Shown: positions 8,319-17,736, counted from the first letter of the stretch. The stretch: 64,000 bases of DNA from Clostridia bacterium (GCA_045637805.1 JAZUAE010000001.1:15794-79793); one strand, 5' to 3'. Numbers and translations are program-made. Notes: generated from the letters alone by a model not told the origin.

Positions 8319-9960
8319 GAGATAATGCGACTTCGGTCAATGCACCACCTGTGAGTCTAGCCACCTCTTCAACTTTTCGTTTACCATTTAAAATTTCAAT
8401 ATTTGTCTCAGTCGATTTTCCATCTGAAGATTTTGAAATATAGAAATTATGATCAGCCATAGCGCAAATTTGAGGTAAGTGAGTAACACAAATAATTTGT
8501 CTACCTTTTGAAATTGACATCATTTTTTCTGCAAGTACACCCGCAATATGACCTGAAACACCAGAATCTATTTCATCAAAAATCATAGTTTCTATTGAAT
8601 CTTTACCGGCAGTGATATTTTTTATAGCTAACATAAGTCTACTCATTTCGCCACCACTAACAACTTTCGTTAAAGGACGAACTGGTACACCTGCGTTTGC
8701 TGAAAACATAAATTCAATACCATCAAGTCCAAAAGCATCAAAATTGTCTAAGTCTTTATTGATAAATTGAACTTTAAAAACTGCATTTTTCATTCCAAGT
8801 TGATGCAATTCGTTACCAATTTGTTCTTCTAATCTTGTTGCAATTGTTTTTCTGCATATAGACAACTCTCCACCTACATGCAAAATTTCACTTTGCAATT
8901 TTTCTTTTTCTTTCTTTAGTTTTATTATGTATTCTTCTGAATTAGCCAACTTATCATACTCTATTGTTATTTTTGACAAGTATTTATTTATATCTTCTAC
9001 TGTCTTTCCATATTTTTTTGTAAAGGCATTGAAAAGATCAAGTCTTGCCTCTTTTATTGCAGCTTCCCTTTCATCAAACAACAAATCATCTTTAATTGAA
9101 TATAAAGTATCTAATATGTCTTTTAATTCAATTTGAACGCTTGTTGCACGGTCTAATATTTCGCTTACTTTGTCAGTATATTTACTTGCATTTGAAAGCG
9201 TTGATACAATTTTACTTGATTGATCAACAGCGCCACCTATATATGAATCACCTTCTAGCAAGTTGATTGAGGTATTTAACGCCTCGCTTATACGTTCACT
9301 ATTACAAACTAAAGTATGAAAAGCGCGAAGTTCTTCATCTTCCCCAACCTTAAAATTTGCCTCTTTAATTTCATCAATTTGATATCTATATAAATCTATA
9401 AGTTTTTGACGCTCACGATCATCTTCGGTCAATTCTATTAACTCTTTATTTATACCAGTATAAGCCGCAAAAAGTTCTGCAAACTTAGATTTTAAAGTTG
9501 TAGTTTTTTCATCTGCTAAACCGTCTAAATATGGCAAATGATTAGATACTTTTAAGAGAGATTGATGTTGAAACTGACCATGTAAATCCATTAATGGTTG
9601 AGTAATTTTTTTGAGCATAGAAAGTGTAAACATCTTACCATTTACACGACATTCGTTTTTTCCATCACTTGTTATTTTGCGAGAAATTATTATAGTATTT
9701 TCTCTATCAAGTCCGAATTCGTCTAATGAGTTTAAAACATTGACGTTATTTGTTGTAAAAACAGCCTCAACAAAAGCTTGATTTTCACCATGCGAGATAA
9801 TGGTTTTATCAGCTTTTTCACCAAGCAATAACGAGAGAGAGTCAATAATAAGCGACTTTCCCGATCCTGTTTCACCGGACAAACAGTTAAAACCACTATT
9901 GAATACAATCATACCATCACGGATAAGAGCAACATTTTTTATGGTCAAACTTTCAAGCAT
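8272..9960 (-). CDS. recN: DNA repair protein RecN
   Basis: 562 aa. Walker A GETGSGKS, a long coiled-coil middle region, and a C-terminal SGGE signature followed by FDEIDSG. Confidence 0.92.
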   Translation of the reverse strand: MLESLTIKNVALIRDGMIVFNSGFNCLSGETGSGKSLIIDSLSLLLGEKADKTIISHGENQAFVEAVFTTNNVNVLNSLDEFGLDRENTIIISRKITSDGKNECRVNGKMFTLSMLKKITQPLMDLHGQFQHQSLLKVSNHLPYLDGLADEKTTTLKSKFAELFAAYTGINKELIELTEDDRERQKLIDLYRYQIDEIKEANFKVGEDEELRAFHTLVCNSERISEALNTSINLLEGDSYIGGAVDQSSKIVSTLSNASKYTDKVSEILDRATSVQIELKDILDTLYSIKDDLLFDEREAAIKEARLDLFNAFTKKYGKTVEDINKYLSKITIEYDKLANSEEYIIKLKKEKEKLQSEILHVGGELSICRKTIATRLEEQIGNELHQLGMKNAVFKVQFINKDLDNFDAFGLDGIEFMFSANAGVPVRPLTKVVSGGEMSRLMLAIKNITAGKDSIETMIFDEIDSGVSGHIAGVLAEKMMSISKGRQIICVTHLPQICAMADHNFYISKSSDGKSTETNIEILNGKRKVEEVARLTGGALTEVALSHATELIAEANKQKAE

Positions 9961-10190
9961 TAATTATCACCAACTTTATTAATTTCAGTGAATGGTTTTA
10001 TTTTTATTTCATCAAGTTGTTTTTTGATAAGTAAAACCTCACCATCAGTTTGTTTTATTTTATCAAAGCAAATTTTAGAAAGTTCTACACTTTTTTCAAA
10101 CAATTTAACTGATTCATCAAGTGTAAGTTTTCCACTTTCTAAGCTTTCTGCAATATTTTGTAATTCATTAATAGCTTCTTCAAATGTCAT
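9960..10190 (-). CDS. xseB: exodeoxyribonuclease VII small subunit
   Basis: 76 aa. FEEAINELQNIAESLESG..LDESVKLFEKS is typical XseB, and the gene is coupled to xseA. Confidence 0.9.
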   Translation of the reverse strand: MTFEEAINELQNIAESLESGKLTLDESVKLFEKSVELSKICFDKIKQTDGEVLLIKKQLDEIKIKPFTEINKVGDN

Positions 10191-11374
10191 TATTTTTTCT
10201 CCTTTACAACTTTTACTTCACTTATAATAGTCCCATCTTTAAGCTCGATCTGAATTTCGTCACCTATTTTTACATCATTTGTTTTTTCTATAGTTTTTCC
10301 ATTAACCGTAGTTCTAGAAAATCCTCTCCTCAATAATTCAAGAGGATTAGATTTTGACAACTTGACTTCTAATAAATCGAGTTTAGATTTTCTTTCATTA
10401 TAACCAGTCTCAAAAGAGCGTTCAATGTTACTGATTAGCCCATCTATTGCCAGTTTATGCGAGGTTAACACTTTTTCCATAACATTTATAGATAACGAAA
10501 CTGCATTACTTGTTTCCTGTTTTTTCTGCATCATTAATTGATCCATCTTAGAATTTATAAAATCAACAGTTCTAATTATGTTGTTTAATTCCACATTAAA
10601 ATCAAATACAGCCAGCTCTGCAGCAACTGAAGGGGTTGGTGCCCTCATATCAGCAACAAAATCAATTAATGAAAAATCCGTTTCGTGACCGACCCCAGTT
10701 ATTATAGGTTTTTTACAATCAAAGACTACACGTACAATTTTTTCATTATTAAATGCTGAAAAATCCTCAAATGAGCCACCGCCACGAGCAACAATAACAA
10801 CATCAACATCGCTCTCTTCAAAATATTTTAATCCTTCTATTATTTCATTTTCGGCACCTACGCCTTGAACTTTTGCAGGATATACTATCAATTGAGTATA
10901 TGGGTTTTTTCGTTTTGTTACATTGTATATATCTCTAATAACTGCTCCTGTTTCACTGGTGACTACACCAACTTTTGAAGCAAATCTAGGAAGCGACTTT
11001 TTATACCTTTCATCAAAAACGCCTTCACTCTCTAATTTGTTTTTAAGTTCCATATACCTAGCATACAATTCGCCTTGTCCATAAGGTTCAACTTTATTTG
11101 CAACAAAAGAAAGTTTACCTATTTTTACTGAATAATTAAGTTTACCAGTTACAAGCACTTTGTCTCCATTCTTTTGATTGAGTGAGTATGCACCAAACAT
11201 CACACAAGAAATTTGAGCACCCTCCTCTTTAATATCAAAATAGGCATTATTTCCTGAAATCTTAAAGTTTGAAATCTCACCAAAAACACTGATATTTGAT
11301 ATCAAATCCTCAGCGTCGATAATTCTTTTTACGTATGTGTTAAGTTGTGTTATGGTCAAAACAATATTTTGCAT
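10190..11374 (-). CDS. xseA: exodeoxyribonuclease VII large subunit
   Basis: 394 aa. N-terminal OB-fold (LTITQLN.YVK..I), followed by GVVTS..GA and ARGGGS motifs. Confidence 0.92.
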   Translation of the reverse strand: MQNIVLTITQLNTYVKRIIDAEDLISNISVFGEISNFKISGNNAYFDIKEEGAQISCVMFGAYSLNQKNGDKVLVTGKLNYSVKIGKLSFVANKVEPYGQGELYARYMELKNKLESEGVFDERYKKSLPRFASKVGVVTSETGAVIRDIYNVTKRKNPYTQLIVYPAKVQGVGAENEIIEGLKYFEESDVDVVIVARGGGSFEDFSAFNNEKIVRVVFDCKKPIITGVGHETDFSLIDFVADMRAPTPSVAAELAVFDFNVELNNIIRTVDFINSKMDQLMMQKKQETSNAVSLSINVMEKVLTSHKLAIDGLISNIERSFETGYNERKSKLDLLEVKLSKSNPLELLRRGFSRTTVNGKTIEKTNDVKIGDEIQIELKDGTIISEVKVVKEKK

Positions 11375-11766
11375 TATTCACCTGTAAAGTTAGATAAAAT
11401 TCCGTTAATAAACTTACCACTTTTATCTGTGGAGTACTTTTTTGCTAAATTGATAGCCTCGTTAATACTAACCTTGTGTGGTATAGATTTTATATAACTC
11501 ATTTCATAAATAGCCACAAGCAAAATAGCCAAGTCTACCTTATAAATTCTATCAATAGCAAATCCATGGCTAAGTTCGCCAATACAATTAACAAGTTCGT
11601 CATAATGATTAACGATCCCATTATATACCTCTAAAACATAACCTTTTTCAGCTTCAATCTTATTTTCTTCACATAAAATATCAACAAGTTCCAAATCTTG
11701 TTTTTTATGGAAAGAATATTCAAAAACTAATTTAAACGCGACATCGCGTGCAATATATCTACTCAT
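11374..11766 (-). CDS. nusB: transcription antitermination factor NusB
   Basis: 130 aa. R..AR..A...L(F/Y) N-terminus, INEAI.LAK.Y block, and canonical position upstream of xseA. Confidence 0.9.
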   Translation of the reverse strand: MSRYIARDVAFKLVFEYSFHKKQDLELVDILCEENKIEAEKGYVLEVYNGIVNHYDELVNCIGELSHGFAIDRIYKVDLAILLVAIYEMSYIKSIPHKVSINEAINLAKKYSTDKSGKFINGILSNFTGE

Positions 11767-11775
11767 AATATTTCC

Positions 11776-12708
11776 TTAATTTGTCATTTCTGATTGTTCT
11801 TCTTTAATAAAATTTCTTTTGTATGTAACCTTTAAATTTGTTTGAGGCTTTATTTGAATGTCTGATGTTTTTGACACATTATCTTTTTTATCGTTAACAG
11901 AATTGTCGGCAGCTGGTTCTTGTTTTGTGCTCAAACTAAACTTTTTATCCTCATTTAAATTTTCACCTTTTAATCCTGTAACTTCTTTACCATATTTATA
12001 ATTAACAGCACTTGCACCCTTCTTTTGCTCTTTTATTTCGTTTAACTTTGCAGGTGTTATGTACTCAGTCTTGGTTGAAGTAACTTTTTTGATAGCCTTG
12101 TTTATATTCTCAAGTTTATCTTTATCACCTTTTTCTTCAGCTTCTTTTTTCTTGTCTCTAAGCTTTTTAAGTAAAATTAAACGCTCTCTTTGTTCAGGTG
12201 TAAGTTTTCTTGTAAGAACAAATGAACTTGCAGATTTTACTTTTGCAATTTTACCTGCTCTATTTTTTATTATAACCACTGCGGGTCTTTCAACACCATC
12301 TTTATTAAATTTAGGATTAACTTCGAGTTCTTCATAAATAGTTTTTACTCGTCTTCCTTTTTCATCATAAATCGGAACTAAACCTAATAATTCATAGATA
12401 GTCAGTATTCTACCAGTGTCATCATACTTGATAGGTATACCTAATTCTTTGTAGATAGCTGTGGGATCATCATCGTATTTTTTTAATGATAAATCTTGAA
12501 GGCTTTTTTCTAACAATTTAATTTTTAATTTTTTAGTTAAATCAATAATCTTTAAAATTATAAGAACAGATGCGATAACTTGAATTCCAAGTAACAAACC
12601 AAAGGTTAAAGGAGAAAAAACACCAACTATAAATAGAATGACATTTAGGATTGTCATTCCACCAAGTATTCCCAAAATCACACTCCATATTTTCCTTTGT
12701 TTACGCAT
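11776..12708 (-). CDS. hypothetical membrane-anchored protein with three tandem ~19-20-aa repeats and a Lys/Glu-rich tail
   Basis: 310 aa. Two N-terminal hydrophobic segments, then repeats of the form (A/T)IY(K/E)EL..P.(Y/F)(D/N)..G at residues ~84-142. SD GAGGAAAAGG precedes the ATG. I recognise no family. Confidence 0.6.
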   Translation of the reverse strand: MRKQRKIWSVILGILGGMTILNVILFIVGVFSPLTFGLLLGIQVIASVLIILKIIDLTKKLKIKLLEKSLQDLSLKKYDDDPTAIYKELGIPIKYDDTGRILTIYELLGLVPIYDEKGRRVKTIYEELEVNPKFNKDGVERPAVVIIKNRAGKIAKVKSASSFVLTRKLTPEQRERLILLKKLRDKKKEAEEKGDKDKLENINKAIKKVTSTKTEYITPAKLNEIKEQKKGASAVNYKYGKEVTGLKGENLNEDKKFSLSTKQEPAADNSVNDKKDNVSKTSDIQIKPQTNLKVTYKRNFIKEEQSEMTN

Positions 12709-12723
12709 ACCTTTTCCTCAAAT

Positions 12724-12750
12724 ATAAAAACCTTTAATTGCTTAAAGGTT
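12724..12750 (-). terminator. hairpin plus T-tract after asp23 (probably a partial terminator)
   Basis: The minus strand reads AACCTTTAA-GCAA-TTAAAGGTT-TTTATATTT. Only ~16 nt separate it from the SD of the next gene, so read-through is likely. Confidence 0.5.
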
Positions 12751-13136
12751 TACATTATTGCAACATCATCATTTGCTGAGAAAACAACACCCATAACATT
12801 AACGTTTATAGTGTCAACCTTAAACTCAGTCATAGACTCAATACTGCTCTTTATATTTTCTTGAACTCTAAAAGCAACATCTTTTACTGAATAGCCAAAT
12901 ATTACATTAATGAAAACATCAACATATACATTACCATCAACAAAATCTATCGCTATGCCGCGTTGATAATTCTTAAAAAACATACGTTTTAGTGCTGATA
13001 CACCTACTGAGCTAAGACCTGCAACACCACTTATTTCTTGAGTTGCAAGTTTAACAATAGATAAAACTACATGCTTTTTATAAGAAACGCTACCATCATC
13101 TTCAGTATTAATTATTTTTTTAACATTTTTTGCCAT
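12750..13136 (-). CDS. Asp23/Gls24 family alkaline-shock/envelope-stress protein
   Basis: The block IVKLATQEISGV.GL is typical Asp23. I chose the start at 13136 (MAKNVKK), preceded by AGGAG. The gene occupies the B. subtilis yqhY position between spoIIIAH and nusB. Confidence 0.85.
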   Translation of the reverse strand: MAKNVKKIINTEDDGSVSYKKHVVLSIVKLATQEISGVAGLSSVGVSALKRMFFKNYQRGIAIDFVDGNVYVDVFINVIFGYSVKDVAFRVQENIKSSIESMTEFKVDTINVNVMGVVFSANDDVAIM

Positions 13137-13211
13137 AAGTACTCCTAAACTTATATTAAGTATAACATAAAACATAAATTATGGCAAGACTTTAAAAAGT
13201 TAATTTAAAAT

Positions 13212-13682
13212 TTATTCTACAGGAATAACTTTAACATTTGTAGCTGAAACTTTTGTTTGATCAACTAAAATTGCAAGGATCTTTGCAACTTGACTAGATG
13301 TAAGACCATTTGATTTTACCATTACATTGTAATTACCATCAGCACTAGTTACAATCGCATCTTCGAATCCTGCAGCCATAATCTTACCCTCAAGTAAAAT
13401 TTCAGTATTCATAAGTGCTGAAATTTCCATTATTTTTGCATTTGCCTCTGCAATTTGAGTATTGTCAGTTGATGTATTTACCACTGATTGATAATATGAC
13501 ACTTGCATATCACGAGTTGCCTGCTTGTCTGCCCTATATGTACTAAAGAAGTTTGTATTTTGCATAGTAGATGTTGTTTCAACATCACTTGAAGAATTCA
13601 AAGCAATATTCAAGTAACCAGTCACTAACAACAGCACAACCATTCCCATTAAAATAAAAATTTTTTTGCCTTTAGTAAGCAT
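13212..13682 (-). CDS. spoIIIAH: stage III sporulation protein AH
   Basis: Last gene of the spoIIIA cluster, with an N-terminal TM and a YscJ/FliF-like C-terminal region. I chose the start at 13682 (MLTKGKK), which has a strong SD AAGGAGGGG. Confidence 0.75.
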   Translation of the reverse strand: MLTKGKKIFILMGMVVLLLVTGYLNIALNSSSDVETTSTMQNTNFFSTYRADKQATRDMQVSYYQSVVNTSTDNTQIAEANAKIMEISALMNTEILLEGKIMAAGFEDAIVTSADGNYNVMVKSNGLTSSQVAKILAILVDQTKVSATNVKVIPVE

Positions 13683-13714
13683 AATATTCCCCTCCTTAAA
13701 ACCTATTACTTTCA

Positions 13715-14269
13715 TTATTTACCCTCCAAAACTTCAATACAAGAAACATTGACTCCAAGCACGCTGGAAATTATATTAACTATTTCAAGTTTTTTCTTTG
13801 GATCGCCTGCACCACCTGCCACTATTAAAACACCTTCAATTTTTGGTAATTCTTCAAGCACAACAATGGGATAAGTCAATGTACCGTCTTTGGCTAATAT
13901 AATTGTATTCGTTAAAAGACCACTTGATGATTGAGATGATGAATTTTTTTGTTCCGAAAGATAAGTTATTTTAGGACTTTGTGAAATATTTATAAAGACT
14001 TTGACATTTGAAAGCCCCTTAACTGAACTTAAAACATTAACAAGCCTATCCTCAGTTTGTTTTGCGTAAATTAAATACAAACTTTTATTATTAGTATTTA
14101 GACTTGAATTTGAGTTATCCTTTGATTTTGTTTTATTTAAGCTGCTAACAAATAAGCAAAAAATTACTACAACTAGTAGGATTGAAATCAAATACAAAAC
14201 CTTTTTATTTGTTTTAATTTCTTTAAATTTATCTAAAAATTTAAATTTACTTTTATTATTGTTTTCCAT
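13715..14269 (-). CDS. spoIIIAG: stage III sporulation protein AG
   Basis: 184 aa with an N-terminal TM. The C-terminal block IEGVLIVAGGAGDP..K..I...IS.VLGV....I.VL is typical SpoIIIAG. Confidence 0.8.
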   Translation of the reverse strand: MENNNKSKFKFLDKFKEIKTNKKVLYLISILLVVVIFCLFVSSLNKTKSKDNSNSSLNTNNKSLYLIYAKQTEDRLVNVLSSVKGLSNVKVFINISQSPKITYLSEQKNSSSQSSSGLLTNTIILAKDGTLTYPIVVLEELPKIEGVLIVAGGAGDPKKKLEIVNIISSVLGVNVSCIEVLEGK

Positions 14270-14376
14270 AACAAAACCTTATTAAATCATATATTTCAAC
14301 TTAGATTAAAATTACTAAAAAATGCAAATTTTATTAAATTTTAATGCAAATTATGCAATTTTTTACATGTTTTTAA

Positions 14377-14547
14377 CTAAAAATTGAGATTTTTAATTAA
14401 ATCAAACATTGACGTTACTAAAATATAAAACATAAAAATTGAGGTGGTAGACTTAACAATCTTATACATTTTACCATTAGAAATTATTAAATCCACTAAC
14501 AAATTTATTAGCACGGAACCTACTACTTTGTATACAAAATCAATCAT
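14377..14547 (-). CDS. spoIIIAF: SpoIIIAF-like N-terminal membrane segment only (56 aa; typical SpoIIIAF is about 200 aa)
   Basis: Not in the ORF track because it is under 60 aa. I translated it by hand: MIDFVYKVVGSVLINLLVDLIISNGKMYKIVKSTTSIFMFYILVTSMFDLIKNLNF*. Its ATG overlaps the spoIIIAE stop (ATGA at 14544-14547). It occupies the spoIIIAF slot and resembles the two-TM N-terminus of B. subtilis SpoIIIAF. Confidence 0.55.
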   Translation of the reverse strand: MIDFVYKVVGSVLINLLVDLIISNGKMYKIVKSTTSIFMFYILVTSMFDLIKNLNF

Positions 14548-15740
14548 CACACAACAGCTCCTGACACACTACAAATTATTAAAATTATTGTAATTGCATA
14601 CATAAAAACACAAACAAGTAAACAAGTCAAAAGTAATTTAAAACAACCTCCCACTGAAGACAAAATTGAAACACTATTTGTGTCGCCTAACGGCTCTAAA
14701 ACTCCAGCTAAAAATTTTAAACACAAACTAAAAACAGCTATAGCAATAAGTGGAGAAAATATACTACTAAACATTAATATTATTCCAACAAGTCCCACCG
14801 AATTTCTAACAAGCAACAATCCAGCCTTAACAATTTCAAATCCTTCAGAAACATATCCACCAAGCAAAGGTACATAATTTTTTACAGCAAATTTTGCCGC
14901 CTTTAAACTTAATCCATCAGAAGTTGAAGCAGTTATTCCTTGCATTGAAAAAAATAAAAAGAACACACCAAAGGAAACTCCAACAATCCACTTAAATAAC
15001 GAATTAAAAAATTCTATCAGTTTTGTGAATTTTGTTTTTGAGGATAAATTATTTAAAATTGACAAAACAAAAACTAATGAAAAAATCGGTAACAACACAT
15101 AAGAAAACAAATTCGATAATAAATTTGACAAAAAGGCAATCAGAGGAGTAAAAGCCGCTACAGTACCACTAGCCCCTATACTCGTCATAATAGTTAAAAG
15201 TATAGGAAAAACAATATTCATTTGTTTTTGCATTGAAAATATTGAATTTGTTGCATCTTCAATAATCCCAACTGAAAGTCGAACAATTATACTAATAACT
15301 ACAGCAAAACAAACAAAATATATAATTTCTTCAACACTTTGTTTTCCTACATCAGCTTTTACTTTATTAAATAAAACACACAATAAAACAATTACTAATA
15401 TCACCATTAATGCTGACAAATAGTTTTTAAAATTTTCTTTTACGCCATCAATAATATAATTAAAAACAGAAACTATATCACTGCCTATTTCACCATTTAT
15501 AATAGACAGTACTATTTCTTTTACACTCATCCCCTCAAACACATTGACACTAATTTTTGACTCATCTAAATATCTATCAAGTTCGTCAAAGTCAATTTTT
15601 TCAATTTCCTCTTCTATCACATTTCCAAGTTCACTATCCATGGATTCAGCTGCAAAACAACTGTTTAAAGTAAAATTAGTAAAAGTTATAAAAAACGCAA
15701 TAATTGCGATAATAATATGAAAAATTGCATGTTTTTTCAT
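14547..15740 (-). CDS. spoIIIAE: stage III sporulation protein AE
   Basis: 397 aa. Signal peptide followed by a polytopic membrane domain, in the correct position within the spoIIIA operon. Confidence 0.85.
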   Translation of the reverse strand: MKKHAIFHIIIAIIAFFITFTNFTLNSCFAAESMDSELGNVIEEEIEKIDFDELDRYLDESKISVNVFEGMSVKEIVLSIINGEIGSDIVSVFNYIIDGVKENFKNYLSALMVILVIVLLCVLFNKVKADVGKQSVEEIIYFVCFAVVISIIVRLSVGIIEDATNSIFSMQKQMNIVFPILLTIMTSIGASGTVAAFTPLIAFLSNLLSNLFSYVLLPIFSLVFVLSILNNLSSKTKFTKLIEFFNSLFKWIVGVSFGVFFLFFSMQGITASTSDGLSLKAAKFAVKNYVPLLGGYVSEGFEIVKAGLLLVRNSVGLVGIILMFSSIFSPLIAIAVFSLCLKFLAGVLEPLGDTNSVSILSSVGGCFKLLLTCLLVCVFMYAITIILIICSVSGAVV

Positions 15741-16120
15741 GAAATCACACTCAAAATTGTATTTATTAAATTTTTAATTATAGGCAACGAAATAACACAT
15801 ATTGCTATTTTGCCACCCATTATAATTTTATTTGAAAGAGTTTTGTTACCACCATCTTCAGCAATATCGCTAACAAATTCCGTTATATAGCCAACACCAA
15901 CAACTTTGATCACAGGAACAAACAATTCACTACTTATACCTGTTAGTTGAGATATATTAAAAACCTCACCTACAATTTCTTCCAGACCTGTAATCATCAT
16001 AAAAAAAATAATAAGAGCTCCGCATACACTAACCAAAATTGAAAACTCTGGCCTGTACTGCTTAAAGAGCAATGACAAGATTACACAAACCAAACCAATA
16101 CCTATTATTTTTATTAACAT
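15737..16120 (-). CDS. spoIIIAD: stage III sporulation protein AD
   Basis: 127 aa. The block GVGYITEFVSDIAEDGG......KI..GGKI matches SpoIIIAD (GIAYIAEFGAQLTKDAG). Confidence 0.85.
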   Translation of the reverse strand: MLIKIIGIGLVCVILSLLFKQYRPEFSILVSVCGALIIFFMMITGLEEIVGEVFNISQLTGISSELFVPVIKVVGVGYITEFVSDIAEDGGNKTLSNKIIMGGKIAICVISLPIIKNLINTILSVIS

Positions 16121-16128
16121 ATTACTTC

Positions 16129-16326
16129 CTAATACAAACTAAATAAAGTTTTTACTGTTTCAAATAATTCACTTATCATTCCAAGAACCATTACAAGAAC
16201 AATGATTAAACTTGCAAGTGTGACAAGTGTAGCTATTTCGCTTTTGCCACTATGATTTAAAATCTGATTTACAACAGCAGTTAAAATTCCTATCGCTGCA
16301 ATTTTAAAAATAATCCCGATATCCAT
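16129..16326 (-). CDS. spoIIIAC: stage III sporulation protein AC
   Basis: 65 aa with two TM segments. IFKIAAIGILTAVVNQIL resembles B. subtilis SpoIIIAC IFQIAGVGIVVAFLHTIL. Confidence 0.85.
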   Translation of the reverse strand: MDIGIIFKIAAIGILTAVVNQILNHSGKSEIATLVTLASLIIVLVMVLGMISELFETVKTLFSLY

Positions 16327-16334
16327 CTTTCACC

Positions 16335-16823
16335 CTAAATTACTATAATCGCAATAATAAGCCCGACACCTATACCAAGTTTTGAATAGGTGTTATAATT
16401 TTTATTTTTTAATTCTTCACTGGTATTTAATCTTTTTTTAAACACTTCTTTATAACCGTTTATAAACTCCTGCTCAGAACATGTATCACTTTTTCCAAGC
16501 CTCGAAAAAAATGCCACCAGTTCCATCTTTTCTTCTTTGTCAAGTTTAACCTCTAGCACTTTTTCTATCGTCTCACGGTTTAATTGATTATTTGTTATTA
16601 GATCTATGATAGAATTTAAAAAATTTTCAAAAAATTTTTCACCTTTAAATGAGATGAAACTTTCTTTTAACAATCCCATATTGTAACTAATATTTAATTT
16701 TAGATGCGCAGCAAAATTGCAAAGTTCTTTATAAAACTTATATTTTTTCACATATTCATTAGCAATAGTAAAACCGATAAGCCCACTAATAACAACTATA
16801 ATACATGACAACACATAGCTCAT
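16335..16823 (-). CDS. spoIIIAB: stage III sporulation protein AB
   Basis: 162 aa with N- and C-terminal TM segments flanking a helical domain. Position in the operon supports the call. Confidence 0.75.
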   Translation of the reverse strand: MSYVLSCIIVVISGLIGFTIANEYVKKYKFYKELCNFAAHLKLNISYNMGLLKESFISFKGEKFFENFLNSIIDLITNNQLNRETIEKVLEVKLDKEEKMELVAFFSRLGKSDTCSEQEFINGYKEVFKKRLNTSEELKNKNYNTYSKLGIGVGLIIAIIVI

Positions 16824-16828
16824 AACCG

Positions 16829-17731
16829 CTACCTCATATACAGTCTTTCAAAATTTTCATTAAACACACACTCAACAGTTCCCGGACCATTATTTGATGA
16901 TAAAATTATATACCTTTCAAATACTCTTTCAGACAAAAGTGACCTAAAAGTTTCTTTCATCTTTAAATCATTTAAATCTTCACCATGAGCAGAAGCTATA
17001 ACCTTAATACCCGACATTATTGCATTATTACAAGCAAGTGTATCACTAGTCGAAATTAACTCATCTGTTATAATAACATCTGGTCGTAAAGTTCTAACAC
17101 CCTCTCTAAAACCATATGTCTTATCACAGCCGGATATAACATCAGTATATTCACCTACATTTAAGAGTCTTTTCCCGTTGTTTTGGGAAGCTATTTCAAA
17201 TCTTTCATCAATTACAAGAATGTTTATTACATCACTTAATTCGCACAATTTTCGACTTATATCTCTAAGAAACGTGGTCTTCCCACAACCCGGTGGAGAA
17301 ATTATTAAAGTGTTTTTTATTTTTCTATCAGAAATTATAAAATTCATGGCAGTCAGTGAACAATCTTTAACCTCATGCGGAACTCTGATATTGATAGATT
17401 GAATATTTTTAATTGTTTTATTTTTACCATCTTCAATCACCGACTCACCTGCAAGACCTATCCTTATACCTCCTTTACAAGTGATAAAACCCTGCTTTAT
17501 TTGGTTTTGAAAAGCATACAAAGAAAACTCGCTAGCCTTAGCGAGCACATAATCAATAAGAGACGCGGACGAATAAACTATTTTACCAAGGTTTTTTAGG
17601 GCAAAATATCGCCCTTTTTCTCCCACAACAATCGGAAAACCGTTTCTAATTCGAATTTCGGTAATAAGGCCCAAATTATGGCTTGAATTTATAATTTCCA
17701 GTATGTCTGGTGGTAAAACATTTCTTAACAT
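16829..17731 (-). CDS. spoIIIAA: stage III sporulation protein AA (secretion-type ATPase)
   Basis: 300 aa. Walker A SPPGCGKTT, Walker B VIITDE, and an N-terminal VLPPDILEIINS block like B. subtilis VLPESMKNALSE. Confidence 0.88.
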   Translation of the reverse strand: MLRNVLPPDILEIINSSHNLGLITEIRIRNGFPIVVGEKGRYFALKNLGKIVYSSASLIDYVLAKASEFSLYAFQNQIKQGFITCKGGIRIGLAGESVIEDGKNKTIKNIQSINIRVPHEVKDCSLTAMNFIISDRKIKNTLIISPPGCGKTTFLRDISRKLCELSDVINILVIDERFEIASQNNGKRLLNVGEYTDVISGCDKTYGFREGVRTLRPDVIITDELISTSDTLACNNAIMSGIKVIASAHGEDLNDLKMKETFRSLLSERVFERYIILSSNNGPGTVECVFNENFERLYMR

Positions 17732-17736
17732 ATTAA

